Counted from the first letter of the stretch, positions 28,812 to 37,596 are shown. The stretch: 38,061 nucleotides of DNA from Nitrospirae bacterium CG2_30_53_67 (GCA_001873285.1 MNYV01000177.1:1-38061), one strand, 5' to 3'. The notes: generated by a model not told the origin, from the sequence alone. Translations and numbers: made by a program.

Positions 28812-28912
28812 AAGTTCTCACTCTGTTTTTAAAAAGCTTCAAAAGAGCAGGAGAGCGCCGGGTTATTTTATAAACTCCATTTCATATCCGAAATAAAAAG
28901 ATTAATACGACT

Positions 28913-28946
28913 GAAAAAGGGGCTGATGCCCCTTTTTCTTTTTTTT
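28913..28946 (+). terminator. Intrinsic terminator (possibly bidirectional)
   Basis: GAAAAAGGGGC-TGAT-GCCCCTTTTTC followed by a T-run. Confidence 0.85.
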
Positions 28947-29186
28947 CCTGCATTTTTTCCCGGATGAGGGTCTGCAGAGATGACATCGGTCGTTGCTGCA
29001 CCACTGGCAGAATTCACAGTCCGGGCAGGGGTATTTTTTCAGATCCTTGTCTTGCGCCTTGTTCATGTTCCTATTATATCCCTAAAAATACGCATAGCGC
29101 AAATCATGAGCGTTGACTTTTCCCTTGAAACAAACGGGACTTTGTTATATTTTAATGAAATAAAAACGATCGCTTATGGATAACAG

Positions 29187-30002
29187 ATGCTTCGATTTTT
29201 CAGACCATACCTTTTTGTTCTCCTGTTTCTCCTGGCGGCAGGTTCAGGGTGTTCCAGCATCCATGAGTCGATTCGCTCGGCCCGTTCGTCCTTCCCCCTG
29301 AAGTATTTTTACTATCCTTCCTATGAAACAGTGGGGGCCATGTACAAAACCGATCCCTCGCTCGCGATAGAACTTCTGGAGCGGATGAGCCGGGAACATC
29401 CTCAGAATCTCGCTTACCGATTGACCCTTGCCGACATGTATAAGGACCGGGGGATGGCCAATAATGCGATCCGGCTCTGGTTCGAGATCCTGGACATGAG
29501 CAAGGATAAAGGTGTTTTGGACGCAAGAAACCTCAAGGTCTATTTTATTCCGATCGTCTCCGGTCAGGAAGAGGGAATGCGGCCCTACGCCCGGATGATA
29601 GACAAGCCTCTGGTCTATGATCATATCGGGATGATTTATTTTCAGAACGCCTTTTTCGAGGAGGCATCAGACTATTTCAGCAGGGCCGCCGAATACGCTG
29701 CGGACCCGAAGCAAAAAGCCGGGCTTTATTATCAGGCGGGCCAGGCCGCCGGCTCCAAAAAAGTGGAATTCTTCATCTCGGAAAAGGATGGTAAACCTTA
29801 CCGGAAGGCCGGAGGGCATACGGTCCTGGTGGATCCGGCGTTGTACCGGAAAAAAGAGAAGGCCTTTTATCTGATGGCTCTGGCATTGGACATGACGGAT
29901 AAGGATCTGCGGGAGGAAATCGAGAAAAAACTGGATGAAGCAGATCAGGAGATCTTGAAATATGAGGCAAGGCCGGGGGCCCGCGTTTCACAAGCGAATT
30001 AA
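29187..30002 (+). CDS. TPR-containing lipoprotein
   Basis: Lipobox AGSGC; TPR-like helices (LADMY...G...AI, YDHIGMIYF...FEEA..YF..A). Confidence 0.7.
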   Translation: MLRFFRPYLFVLLFLLAAGSGCSSIHESIRSARSSFPLKYFYYPSYETVGAMYKTDPSLAIELLERMSREHPQNLAYRLTLADMYKDRGMANNAIRLWFEILDMSKDKGVLDARNLKVYFIPIVSGQEEGMRPYARMIDKPLVYDHIGMIYFQNAFFEEASDYFSRAAEYAADPKQKAGLYYQAGQAAGSKKVEFFISEKDGKPYRKAGGHTVLVDPALYRKKEKAFYLMALALDMTDKDLREEIEKKLDEADQEILKYEARPGARVSQAN

Positions 30003-30759
30003 GCGTCAAATGGGCAAGGCCCTCTTTGATTACAGGATGATTGATCCGGGGGACAGGATCCTGGTGGCTGTCTCCGGGGGCAAGGACAGCCTGAGTCTTC
30101 TTCATCTTTTGAAAGGGCATCTCTCCCGCGCTCCGGTCGACTACACCTTGATCCCGGCGCATGTGGACCTGGGGACGTGCCGGAGCAAGGTGGATCTTCT
30201 CAGCGATTATTTTCAGGGTGAAGGGTTTTTATTCCGGATGGTTGAGACCCGGATCGGATATGAGATCTGCGGGGCACAAAACCTTCCGGAGAGCTGCTGT
30301 TTCCACTGTTCCCGGATCCGGAGAAAGCTCCTCTTTGAGACGGCCCGCGAACTCGGATGCAGGAAGGTGGCCTTTGGTCATCATATGGATGACATGATCG
30401 AGACCTGTCTCATGAACATGTTTTTTGCGGGCAATATCAGCACCATGATGCCCAGGCAAGAGCTGTTCAAGGGGGATCTGGTCTTGATCCGTCCGCTCGC
30501 CTACTGCCGGGAAGAGTGGATCCGGGAGTATGCCCGTCAACATGGGCTTCCGGTCCGGGAAGAGGCCTGTCAGGAGGGAGGACCCGGGTCCCGGCGGCGG
30601 CGGATCAAAAATCTGCTTGCCCAGCTCGAGAAGGAAAACCCGGGCCTCAAGACCAGACTTTTTCATTCATTGAAGAATGTTCGTATGGAATATATGCCCC
30701 GGGCCTTTCATGACGGGAACGAACCGAGTCCGTGTGTAAAGGGGCCTCATGTCCAATAA
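29962..30759 (+). CDS. ttcA: tRNA 2-thiocytidine(32) synthetase TtcA-family PP-loop ATPase
   Basis: DYRMI..GDRILVAVSGGKDS, CFHCSRIRR, GHHMDD..ET, MMP, IRPL. Confidence 0.8.
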   Translation: MRQGRGPAFHKRIKRQMGKALFDYRMIDPGDRILVAVSGGKDSLSLLHLLKGHLSRAPVDYTLIPAHVDLGTCRSKVDLLSDYFQGEGFLFRMVETRIGYEICGAQNLPESCCFHCSRIRRKLLFETARELGCRKVAFGHHMDDMIETCLMNMFFAGNISTMMPRQELFKGDLVLIRPLAYCREEWIREYARQHGLPVREEACQEGGPGSRRRRIKNLLAQLEKENPGLKTRLFHSLKNVRMEYMPRAFHDGNEPSPCVKGPHVQ

Positions 30760-33361
30760 GATTCAGGGAAGCCTCAAGATCATGTCCCTTCCTGATGTCC
30801 TGCAGTGGATCGGTCTGGCTCAGAAGACCGGATCCCTGATTTTTGAGAAGGACAAGGAAAAGAAGGTCCTCTTTTTCAGGAAAGGGGCGGTGATCGGGGC
30901 CAATTCGAACAACCCAAAGGACAAGGTGGGAGAGATCCTGATCCGGATGGAAAAGATCACTCGTGAAGAGCTGGATCAAGGGCTGATCAAGCAAAAGGAG
31001 ACGGGCGACTTGATCGGGGATATCCTGCTGGCCAGGGGGTATCTCACGACCAAGGACTTTATCACCGCTCTGGAGAGTCAGGCCACTCAGATCATTTATG
31101 ATCTTTTCACATGGAAGGAGGGGGAGTTCATCTTTCAGGAAAGACTCCCGGCGGCGAGGACTATCCCCATCTCCATCAAGGTAGACTTTATCCTGATGGA
31201 GGGGATGCGGCGCATCGATGAATGGCAGAGAATCAAGGAGGCCTTTCCTTCCCTGGACATCATCCTGGCCCTTGAAGAACAAATTCCCGAAGAGGAGGAG
31301 GACGGGGATCTGAAGGCCATGCGGAACCTGGTAAACGGGAAGAATACCATTCTCGATATCTGCGATCAGTCCCCTTTGAACGATTTTGAGACCTGCAATG
31401 ATCTCTATAACCTGTTCCATAACGGCAAAATCACTAAAAAGGGTGTCCGAAGTCCGCATGAGATTACAGATGACGATGATGTGAAACGTCTGCTCAGCCG
31501 GGGAAAGGCCTTCTACCAGAAAGGGCGCTTTGCGGATGCCATACCCTTCTTTGAGCGGATCATGAAGATCCAGCCCGAAAACAAGGAAGCGGACCGGTTT
31601 CTGACCCGAGCCATCACCGCGGTCCAGAATGAGCTGCTGAAAACATTGGGGTCTCCCAGCGCCGTATTAGAGATCGCCAAGGGATTCCGCATGGAAGACG
31701 CCAAGGACTTGAGCGTAGAGGAGGGTTTTGTCCTCTCCCGGATTGACGGGAGAACCACGGCCAAGGAAATCACCTATATCAGCGGTCTCTCCCAGACCGA
31801 ATCTTGTATCACGTTGAACCGGCTCTTTGAAAAAGGGATCATCCGTGCCGGCAGGGACAAGGAGGAGATCCGGCGCAGGACCAGGCCGGTCATGGCCAGG
31901 GAGACCCTGGACCCGAAGAAAAAACGGATGACCCTCGATCTTGCCGACATCCTGCTTTCCGAGATCCTCCTGGATCTCATGAAACAGAGACAGACCGGCA
32001 TTCTTCAACTGATGGCTTCTCCCATGGACATTCGTGTCTATTTCCACGAGGGTTCCATGGTGTTCGCCACTTCAAACATGGAATCCGACCGGTCCGGGAG
32101 CATCATGCTCCGGAAGAAGAAGATCACGGAAGATCGGTATCAGGAAGTCAAAGCCCTGGCCGACAAGGAGAACATGTTTCAAGGGAACGCCCTGGTCAAG
32201 CTGGGGATCATTACCCCGAATGATCTGATCTGGCTGACCAAGACCAAGGTTGAGGAGATCCTGATCAGCCTTTTCGGATGGCGCAAGGGAAAACTCCGTT
32301 TCTTTGAAACGGAAATTCAAGGCCTCGACATCATTCAACTCAAATTGATCCCCGGCAGGATCATCATGGAGGGGACCTGGCGTTATTTTGAGGAAGAGGA
32401 GATCATGAAAGTCTTTAAGACATGGGATATCCTTTTCGACGTTGTTGAGACGCCGCCCCTTTCCCGCAGGGAATTGGAACTGACCGATACCGAGGTCACG
32501 ATCCTCGAACTTGCGGGCAGAAAGAAGAAGATTGAAGAGATGGCCGCCGCCACAGGGCTTCAAAGGCTGGAGATCCTCAAGGTTATTTTCGGGTTCTATT
32601 CACTGGGTTTGGTCATGATCAGCAGTCTGGTCGATGAGGATAGAAAGGAAGAGACCGCCCGAGCGCTTACGGAGACGAAGGAAAGATGGGAGGAGGTCCG
32701 GAAACAGAACTATTACAGGATACTGGGTCTGGATCCGGGGGTTGATGTCCGGGAGATTAAAAAGGCGTTTTTCAGGTTTACAAAGGAATATCATCCCGAC
32801 AGGAGTTTTCGATATACGGACAAGGAGATTTTGGATCTGATGCTCAATATTTTTCTTGCCGGCAGGGAGGCCTATGAAGCCCTCTCCGATCCCAAGACCC
32901 GCAAGGAATACGACAACTTCCTGAAGGAGCGTGGTGAAGGGGCCACGGCCGCGGACTTCCAGAAGTTTACCAGGCCGAACATCGAAGTCAGCCACATCAT
33001 GAAGGCCGAAGACTTATTCAATAAAGGGAAGAGTCTCCTGTTCTCCGGAAGGTACGTGGATGCCTCGGAATTTTTTGAGAAGGCCCTTGAACTCGTTCCC
33101 GACGACCCGGATTACAATGCCTATACCGGGCTCGCCCTCGCTCGGATGAACAAGGATTACCGGCAGGCCGCTCGTCTGATCGAAAAGGCCCTGGAGTCCG
33201 ACTCGAAGAATGCCGACTATCATGCCTTCCTTGGAGAGGCGCATTTGAGATATGGAAAGAAGAAGATGGCTGAAGAGGCCTTTGCCGCCGCCCTCGAGAT
33301 CAATCCCCGGCATATCCAGGCCAAACGGGAGTACCTCAGGCTGCGCTCCAAGGCAAAATAA
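30749..33361 (+). CDS. Multidomain protein: DUF4388 - TPR - DUF4388 - J domain - TPR
   Basis: GSL..MSLPDVLQ...KTGSL...LFTWKEGEF.F and second copy TGIL...LFGWRKG; NYYRILG...YHPD J domain; terminal TPRs. Confidence 0.8.
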   Translation: MSNKIQGSLKIMSLPDVLQWIGLAQKTGSLIFEKDKEKKVLFFRKGAVIGANSNNPKDKVGEILIRMEKITREELDQGLIKQKETGDLIGDILLARGYLTTKDFITALESQATQIIYDLFTWKEGEFIFQERLPAARTIPISIKVDFILMEGMRRIDEWQRIKEAFPSLDIILALEEQIPEEEEDGDLKAMRNLVNGKNTILDICDQSPLNDFETCNDLYNLFHNGKITKKGVRSPHEITDDDDVKRLLSRGKAFYQKGRFADAIPFFERIMKIQPENKEADRFLTRAITAVQNELLKTLGSPSAVLEIAKGFRMEDAKDLSVEEGFVLSRIDGRTTAKEITYISGLSQTESCITLNRLFEKGIIRAGRDKEEIRRRTRPVMARETLDPKKKRMTLDLADILLSEILLDLMKQRQTGILQLMASPMDIRVYFHEGSMVFATSNMESDRSGSIMLRKKKITEDRYQEVKALADKENMFQGNALVKLGIITPNDLIWLTKTKVEEILISLFGWRKGKLRFFETEIQGLDIIQLKLIPGRIIMEGTWRYFEEEEIMKVFKTWDILFDVVETPPLSRRELELTDTEVTILELAGRKKKIEEMAAATGLQRLEILKVIFGFYSLGLVMISSLVDEDRKEETARALTETKERWEEVRKQNYYRILGLDPGVDVREIKKAFFRFTKEYHPDRSFRYTDKEILDLMLNIFLAGREAYEALSDPKTRKEYDNFLKERGEGATAADFQKFTRPNIEVSHIMKAEDLFNKGKSLLFSGRYVDASEFFEKALELVPDDPDYNAYTGLALARMNKDYRQAARLIEKALESDSKNADYHAFLGEAHLRYGKKKMAEEAFAAALEINPRHIQAKREYLRLRSKAK

Positions 33362-33401
33362 TCTCAAATTTGAAATTTCAAATCTCAAATCTCAAATTTC
33401 A
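33360..33401. repeat. Heptamer tandem repeat (AATYTSA)x6 between convergent genes
   Basis: AATCTCA AATTTGA AATTTCA AATCTCA AATCTCA AATTTCA; overlaps the stop codons of both flanking genes. Confidence 0.85.
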
Positions 33402-34090
33402 AATTCTTTAAAAAGGGTTTCTTTGTCCAGGGGCGCCCGCTTCTTCTCTTTGGTGGAGAGAGGGGCGTAATAACGGGTTCCCTTGTCCATCTGAAGGATA
33501 TGGCGGATTAAATCGTCGAGGTCCTCGGCGCTTCGAACAAAATCGATTTCCGATGTCTTGATCACCAGCATGGGCGTGTCGCTGTAATGAAAGAAGAAGT
33601 ATTCATAGGCCTGGTTGACGGCCTCGACATATTCTTTGGTGATGGTATTTTCATAACTCCTCCCTCTCCCTTTGATCCTTTTCATGAGCACGTCCGTGCC
33701 GGCCTGCAGGTAGATCACCAGGTCAGGAGAAGGGATGCGCTCGTTTAATATGGCATAGATCTGTTCGTATATCGGGAGTTCATGATCGCTGAGATTCATG
33801 TAAGCAAAGATCCGGTCCTTCGGCAGGATGTAGTCCGCCACGGTCCAGGCATGGAACAGATCCATCTGCCTGAGCTGGAAAAGCTGGTTGTACCGGCTGA
33901 GAAGAAAAGACATCTGGGTCTGAAAGGCATATTTCTTCCGGTCTGAATAAAAAAGAGGAAGAAAGGGATTCTCCTGGACCTTTTCCTGGATCTTCACGGC
34001 CCCCAGGCGCTCGGTGAGCAGGTTGACCAGACTGGTCTTGCCCACGCCGATGGGCCCTTCGACGGCAAGGTATCGTTTCTCCTTGCTCAT
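33392..34090 (-). CDS. Deoxynucleoside kinase (dAK/dGK family)
   Basis: VEGPIGVGKT P-loop, ENPFL..FY, Q..FL.SR, PDLVIYL, RI..RGR.YE. Confidence 0.92.
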   Translation of the reverse strand: MSKEKRYLAVEGPIGVGKTSLVNLLTERLGAVKIQEKVQENPFLPLFYSDRKKYAFQTQMSFLLSRYNQLFQLRQMDLFHAWTVADYILPKDRIFAYMNLSDHELPIYEQIYAILNERIPSPDLVIYLQAGTDVLMKRIKGRGRSYENTITKEYVEAVNQAYEYFFFHYSDTPMLVIKTSEIDFVRSAEDLDDLIRHILQMDKGTRYYAPLSTKEKKRAPLDKETLFKEFEI

Positions 34091-34581
34091 GAATCCCCCT
34101 GAATCTTTTCAACCTTTTGGGCCGTGCCCAGTTCATCCAGGAGTTCCTGGAAGGTCTTTTGATGGATGGGGTGGATCCCGTTCGGCGCGAGTTCGGCCAA
34201 GGGCTCCAGAACGAACCGGCGCTGCTCCACGAGGGGATGAGGGATGGTCAGGTCCGGTTCTTCAACGATCTTGTCCCCGAAGAAGAGAATATCCAGATCA
34301 ATATTCCTCGGTCCCCACTTAATCGGGGTGCTCCTCTCCATTTTTTGCTCAATGGACTGGAGCAGGTCCAGGACCTGCAGGGGAAGAAGGGAGCTCGAAA
34401 CCTCGGCCGCGGCATTCAGGAACCAGTCCTGGTCCTCGTAGCCCATGGGTTCCGTGCGGTAAAAAGAAGAGACCCGAAGGACCTTCAGTCCCTTGCTGTT
34501 TCGCATATGTTCGATCGCGGTCCGGATGTTCCGGGCCCGGTCATCCATATTGCTCCCGAGACCGATGTATACAAGATTCAT
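34087..34581 (-). CDS. folK: 2-amino-4-hydroxy-6-hydroxymethyldihydropteridine diphosphokinase
   Basis: YIGLGSN, S..Y.TEP, FLN, WGPRNIDLDIL, L.IPHP...RRFVL.PL. Confidence 0.96.
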   Translation of the reverse strand: MNLVYIGLGSNMDDRARNIRTAIEHMRNSKGLKVLRVSSFYRTEPMGYEDQDWFLNAAAEVSSSLLPLQVLDLLQSIEQKMERSTPIKWGPRNIDLDILFFGDKIVEEPDLTIPHPLVEQRRFVLEPLAELAPNGIHPIHQKTFQELLDELGTAQKVEKIQGDS

Positions 34582-34943
34582 CTTCGTCTCCTGTTGATCT
34601 CCACACCGACGCTTTGGACAGGCGCAGGGATGGGTGGGTGGGGTTTGGTGACGCGGACTTGCACCTCCGCGGGAGAAAATATTTCAAGGAGCATTTCCGC
34701 GATCCTTTCCGCAAGGGCTTCGATCAGGCGGCATGGTTCCGATCGGCAGATCTCAAGGACATGATTCACCACGGAGGCATAATCAATGGTATCCTCGATC
34801 CTGTCCGTTGAACCGGCCGGGATGCCGTCCATGATCAGTTCAAGGTCCACCCGGAAACGCTGCCCCAATTCCCGTTCCTGCGGCAGGTTCCCGTGGTATC
34901 CGTAAAACTCGATCCCGTGGATGATGATTTTGTTACCGCTCAT
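34578..34943 (-). CDS. folB: Dihydroneopterin aldolase
   Basis: FYGYHG...ERELGQRF.VD, TIDY, LIEALAE, V.KP.PP. Confidence 0.95.
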   Translation of the reverse strand: MSGNKIIIHGIEFYGYHGNLPQERELGQRFRVDLELIMDGIPAGSTDRIEDTIDYASVVNHVLEICRSEPCRLIEALAERIAEMLLEIFSPAEVQVRVTKPHPPIPAPVQSVGVEINRRRR

Positions 34944-34962
34944 GGTTGATTTCTGCGGCTAT

Positions 34963-36456
34963 CTACAAGGTAGAGATATAACGCAGTAAAGATCTTACGC
35001 CGACGCCGGTCGCCCCCCCTGGATTACAGCCCCATCCTTTTTCGTGGAAGGCCGGCCCGGCAATGTCGATGTGGATCCAGGGGGTATCCCCCACAAATTC
35101 TTTTAGAAACATTCCCGCCGTAATGGCGCCGCCCCAGCGGTTTCCGATATTCTTCAGGTCCGCCACGCTGCTTTTGAGCTTCTCCTTCATGTCGTCATCA
35201 AAGGGAAGCGGCCACATCTGTTCCCCGGCCTCTTTTGCGCTCTTGAGGAATGTGTCGATGAAGGTTTGATCATTTCCCATCACACCCGATGTATACTCTC
35301 CGAGCGCCACCACGCAGGCGCCGGTCAGGGTCGCGAGATCGATCATCTGATCGGGCTTGAGTTTGACGGCGTAGCTCAGCGCATCGGCCAGGGTCAACCG
35401 CCCTTCGGCGTCCGTGTTCAGAACCTCGATGGTCTTCCCGCTCATGGTCCTTACAATGTCATCGGGCCTTTGGGCGCGTCCTCCCGGCATGTTCTCGGCC
35501 GCGGCGATAATGCCGTGAACCACGACATTGGGCCTGATTTGATGGAGGGACTGCATGACCGACAGGACCGTGCACGCTCCGGACTTGTCTATCTTCATGG
35601 TCTGCATCGCCTCCGAAGGCTTGAGGGAAAGGCCGCCGCTGTCGAAGGTCATCCCTTTCCCGATAATGGCGATGCTCTTTTTAGCGGATTTTCCACGCGG
35701 CCGGTAAGTCAGGTGGATGAATCTGGGCGGATTGCTGCTCCCCTGGGCCACACCGAGGTAGGCCCCCATTCCGAGGCCGGCGATCTGCTTCTCATTGAAG
35801 ATCCTGCAGGAGAGACCTGTTTTTTTAGCGATCTGCCGGGCCGTGTTTGCAAGGGAGACCGGGTTGATCACATTTCCCGGTTCATTGACGAGGTCTCTCG
35901 CGAAGTTGGTGGCCTGGGCGGCCGTGGTCCCTTGCCGGATCCCTGCCTGGATTTTGGTTATGGACATCCCCGGTTCCACGAGGAAGGAGGCGCGTCTCAG
36001 TTCGTGCTTTTTTTCTTTCTTCTTGTACTTTTCAAAGGTATAGGCGCCGAGGAGGACCCCTTCGGCCGCGGATTCAGAGAGCTCTTTTTCATTGAGCCCC
36101 TTGCCTCCCCATCCGAAAAAAGGGCTCAGGAGGCTTTCTGCCTGGACGCTTTTTGCCGTCTGTACCATCTTTGCAAAGGTCCTGCGGTGACGGTCTGTTG
36201 TAAACTCCTTGCTTTTACCCAGGCCGATCAGGCAGACCCTCTTGGCAGAAATTCTCCCTAACGAATGGACAAGGAGGGTTTTTTCGAAATCTCCCTTGAA
36301 GTCCTCGTCCCGCATCACGCCCTGGAGGGCGTTTTTCAGGGCGGCATTCACCTCCGCTGCCGGCCCTTTGAGCTTTTTGTCGTCTTCAAAGATCCCCACG
36401 ACCAGGAGATCTGCCTTGGCTTTCAGGATGTCTCCTTTGTAGATCTGGATTTTCAT
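34963..36456 (-). CDS. pepA: Leucyl aminopeptidase (M17)
   Basis: GKG.TFDSGG..LK, MK.DK.G, ENMP, NTDAEGRL.LAD, ATLTGA, HIDIAG. Confidence 0.96.
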   Translation of the reverse strand: MKIQIYKGDILKAKADLLVVGIFEDDKKLKGPAAEVNAALKNALQGVMRDEDFKGDFEKTLLVHSLGRISAKRVCLIGLGKSKEFTTDRHRRTFAKMVQTAKSVQAESLLSPFFGWGGKGLNEKELSESAAEGVLLGAYTFEKYKKKEKKHELRRASFLVEPGMSITKIQAGIRQGTTAAQATNFARDLVNEPGNVINPVSLANTARQIAKKTGLSCRIFNEKQIAGLGMGAYLGVAQGSSNPPRFIHLTYRPRGKSAKKSIAIIGKGMTFDSGGLSLKPSEAMQTMKIDKSGACTVLSVMQSLHQIRPNVVVHGIIAAAENMPGGRAQRPDDIVRTMSGKTIEVLNTDAEGRLTLADALSYAVKLKPDQMIDLATLTGACVVALGEYTSGVMGNDQTFIDTFLKSAKEAGEQMWPLPFDDDMKEKLKSSVADLKNIGNRWGGAITAGMFLKEFVGDTPWIHIDIAGPAFHEKGWGCNPGGATGVGVRSLLRYISTL

Positions 36457-36493
36457 GCGGTCTCCGTATGACGTTATAAAATAAAGTTAATGT

Positions 36494-36522
36494 AACATAA
36501 TTTCTTATGTTTGGAAAGTCAA
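36494..36522 (-). promoter_or_regulatory. sigma70-type promoter of pepA operon with overlapping palindrome
   Basis: Minus strand TTGACT-N17-TATGTT; AACATAA-N4-TTATGTT palindrome at 36494-36511. Confidence 0.6.
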
Positions 36523-36542
36523 TTTTATCGTTCCAGGAATTT

Positions 36543-36576
36543 CCCCCTCTTTGGAAAAGAGGAGTGAGGGGAGATT
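36543..36576. repeat. REP-like palindromic element half
   Basis: CCCCCTCTTT-GGA-AAAGAGGAG...AGGGGAGATT hairpin, resembling dispersed CCCCCTTT-nn-AAAGGGGG repeats (resemblance from recall). Confidence 0.45.
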
Positions 36577-36623
36577 GATAGAGGCAATCTTGCGCCCGGC
36601 TCTCGTCGCACCCTGTCCATCAA

Positions 36624-36685
36624 GCTCAAAGGGCTCTTCCGGCGGATTACAGATTTATAGGGAGGCGCCCATATCAAATAATCAA
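36624..36685 (+). repeat. 62-bp direct repeat, copy 1
   Basis: GCTCAAAGGGCTCTTCCGGCGGATTACAGATTTATAGGGAGGCGCCCATATCAAATAATCAA; 4 mismatches to copy 2, which lies 997 bp downstream. Confidence 0.9.
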
Positions 36686-36708
36686 TGTCTGGGTACCCTC
36701 GACCCTTT

Positions 36709-36768
36709 TCAATTCGATGAGGTCAGCGGCCGAGCGCACGTGAGGTACGCTTGACCGTTTTGTTGGCT
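36709..36768 (-). other. Degenerate integron attC-like site (59-base element) with R' box lost after the G
   Basis: Minus strand AGCCAAC-AAAAC-GGTCAAGC...GCTGACC-TCATC-G|AATT; R''-5-L''...L'-5-G layout with one extrahelical base. Confidence 0.5.
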
Positions 36769-36890
36769 GAGTGCCTCCGTCGCACTCCAAGACCTGCGCT
36801 GGATTTTGCCAGCGTCAAGCAAACACTCCGGAGTTGACTGACCTGTCTCAGCCGAAGCGTAACAGCAGCCGGACTCAGATCAACTTTCAT
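36723..36890 (-). CDS. 55-aa basic helical protein, partner of the nucleotidyltransferase (below the ORF-track cutoff)
   Basis: MKVDLSPAAVTLRLRQVSQLRSVCLTLAKSSAGLGVRRRHSANKTVKRTSRALGR; ATG overlaps the last codons of the upstream gene. Confidence 0.6.
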   Translation of the reverse strand: MKVDLSPAAVTLRLRQVSQLRSVCLTLAKSSAGLGVRRRHSANKTVKRTSRALGR

Positions 36891-37344
36891 CACCGATACT
36901 CCTCAGATATTGAATATCATCTTGATCCTGACCGCTCCCGCGGAAGGACTTCAGGAAAATCAGACCTTCAGGCGAGACAACGCTGAGCGTTCCTCCTTCC
37001 CATTCCACCCTCGTGCGGGTCTCCCACGCCCGCTCTATTTCATGCGTGACAACGAGCAAATCCAGAACGAGGGTTTCGCCTGTGACGGGCTCAATCTTGG
37101 TGACGCGATGTATATTGATCTTGCCGCCATGGAACTCCATGGGCACGGCGCCCAGGGTGAATCCTAACTCGCGAACTGCATCCCTTGCCTTGTCAAGGGA
37201 ACTCGACTCGATCATGATATCAATGTCAAGAGTGGCCCTTGGCAGAGCATAGACAGCCATGGCCAATCCCCCGTAAAGAGCATACTCGATCCTTTCCTCA
37301 CTTAGTTTTTTGATCAGCTTCTTCAGTTCATCCAAGAGATCCAT
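36880..37344 (-). CDS. Pol-beta superfamily nucleotidyltransferase (DUF6036/AbiEii-like)
   Basis: YALYGGLAM..Y..PRATLDIDI (GG...DxD), VLDLL, LI.LK...G..QD..DI; AAGGAAAG RBS before ATG 37344. Confidence 0.8.
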   Translation of the reverse strand: MDLLDELKKLIKKLSEERIEYALYGGLAMAVYALPRATLDIDIMIESSSLDKARDAVRELGFTLGAVPMEFHGGKINIHRVTKIEPVTGETLVLDLLVVTHEIERAWETRTRVEWEGGTLSVVSPEGLIFLKSFRGSGQDQDDIQYLRSIGDES

Positions 37345-37566
37345 AGGGTCTTTCCTTACAGCCGCACGCAGAAGGTCGCGTGTCAAACTTCAAGATTCAC
37401 TCAACCTTATCCCAGATCTCGGTCTATTCTCGGAGCAATGAAAGTCTGAAGGTCCGCCTGTCCCCATCACCTTGTTGTCATTTTGGCCGTCCATGCGGGA
37501 TAGTCATTTCATCCCGAGATGGGTCAGACATGATTTTCAAGCTTATGGGCCGGCCCCGTTGCGCGT

Positions 37567-37595
37567 AACATACACCTGAAAGGGTACGAAATCAA
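37567..37595 (-). promoter_or_regulatory. Possible sigma70 promoter upstream of the nucleotidyltransferase
   Basis: Minus strand TTGATT-N17-TATGTT. Confidence 0.35.
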
Positions 37596-37596
37596 G

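Noticed and set aside
28980..29183. 67-aa ORF upstream of the TPR lipoprotein
   Set aside because: No motifs, and it overlaps AT-rich promoter-like sequence; probably non-coding
30540..30600. Missing second CxxC in TtcA as a sign of novel function
   Set aside because: One Cys remains (EACQ) and single-Cys variants of this motif occur in the family; not enough to claim a new activity
35266..36261. 331-aa plus-strand ORF
   Set aside because: Antisense shadow of pepA
36605..36613. GTCGCACCC as the partner IR closing a non-autonomous element with the orphan end
   Set aside because: Only a short match, and in the same orientation as the orphan IR rather than inverted
37345..37386. TTG-initiated N-terminal extension of the nucleotidyltransferase
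   Set aside because: An RBS precedes ATG 37344 and the domain starts at MDLLDEL
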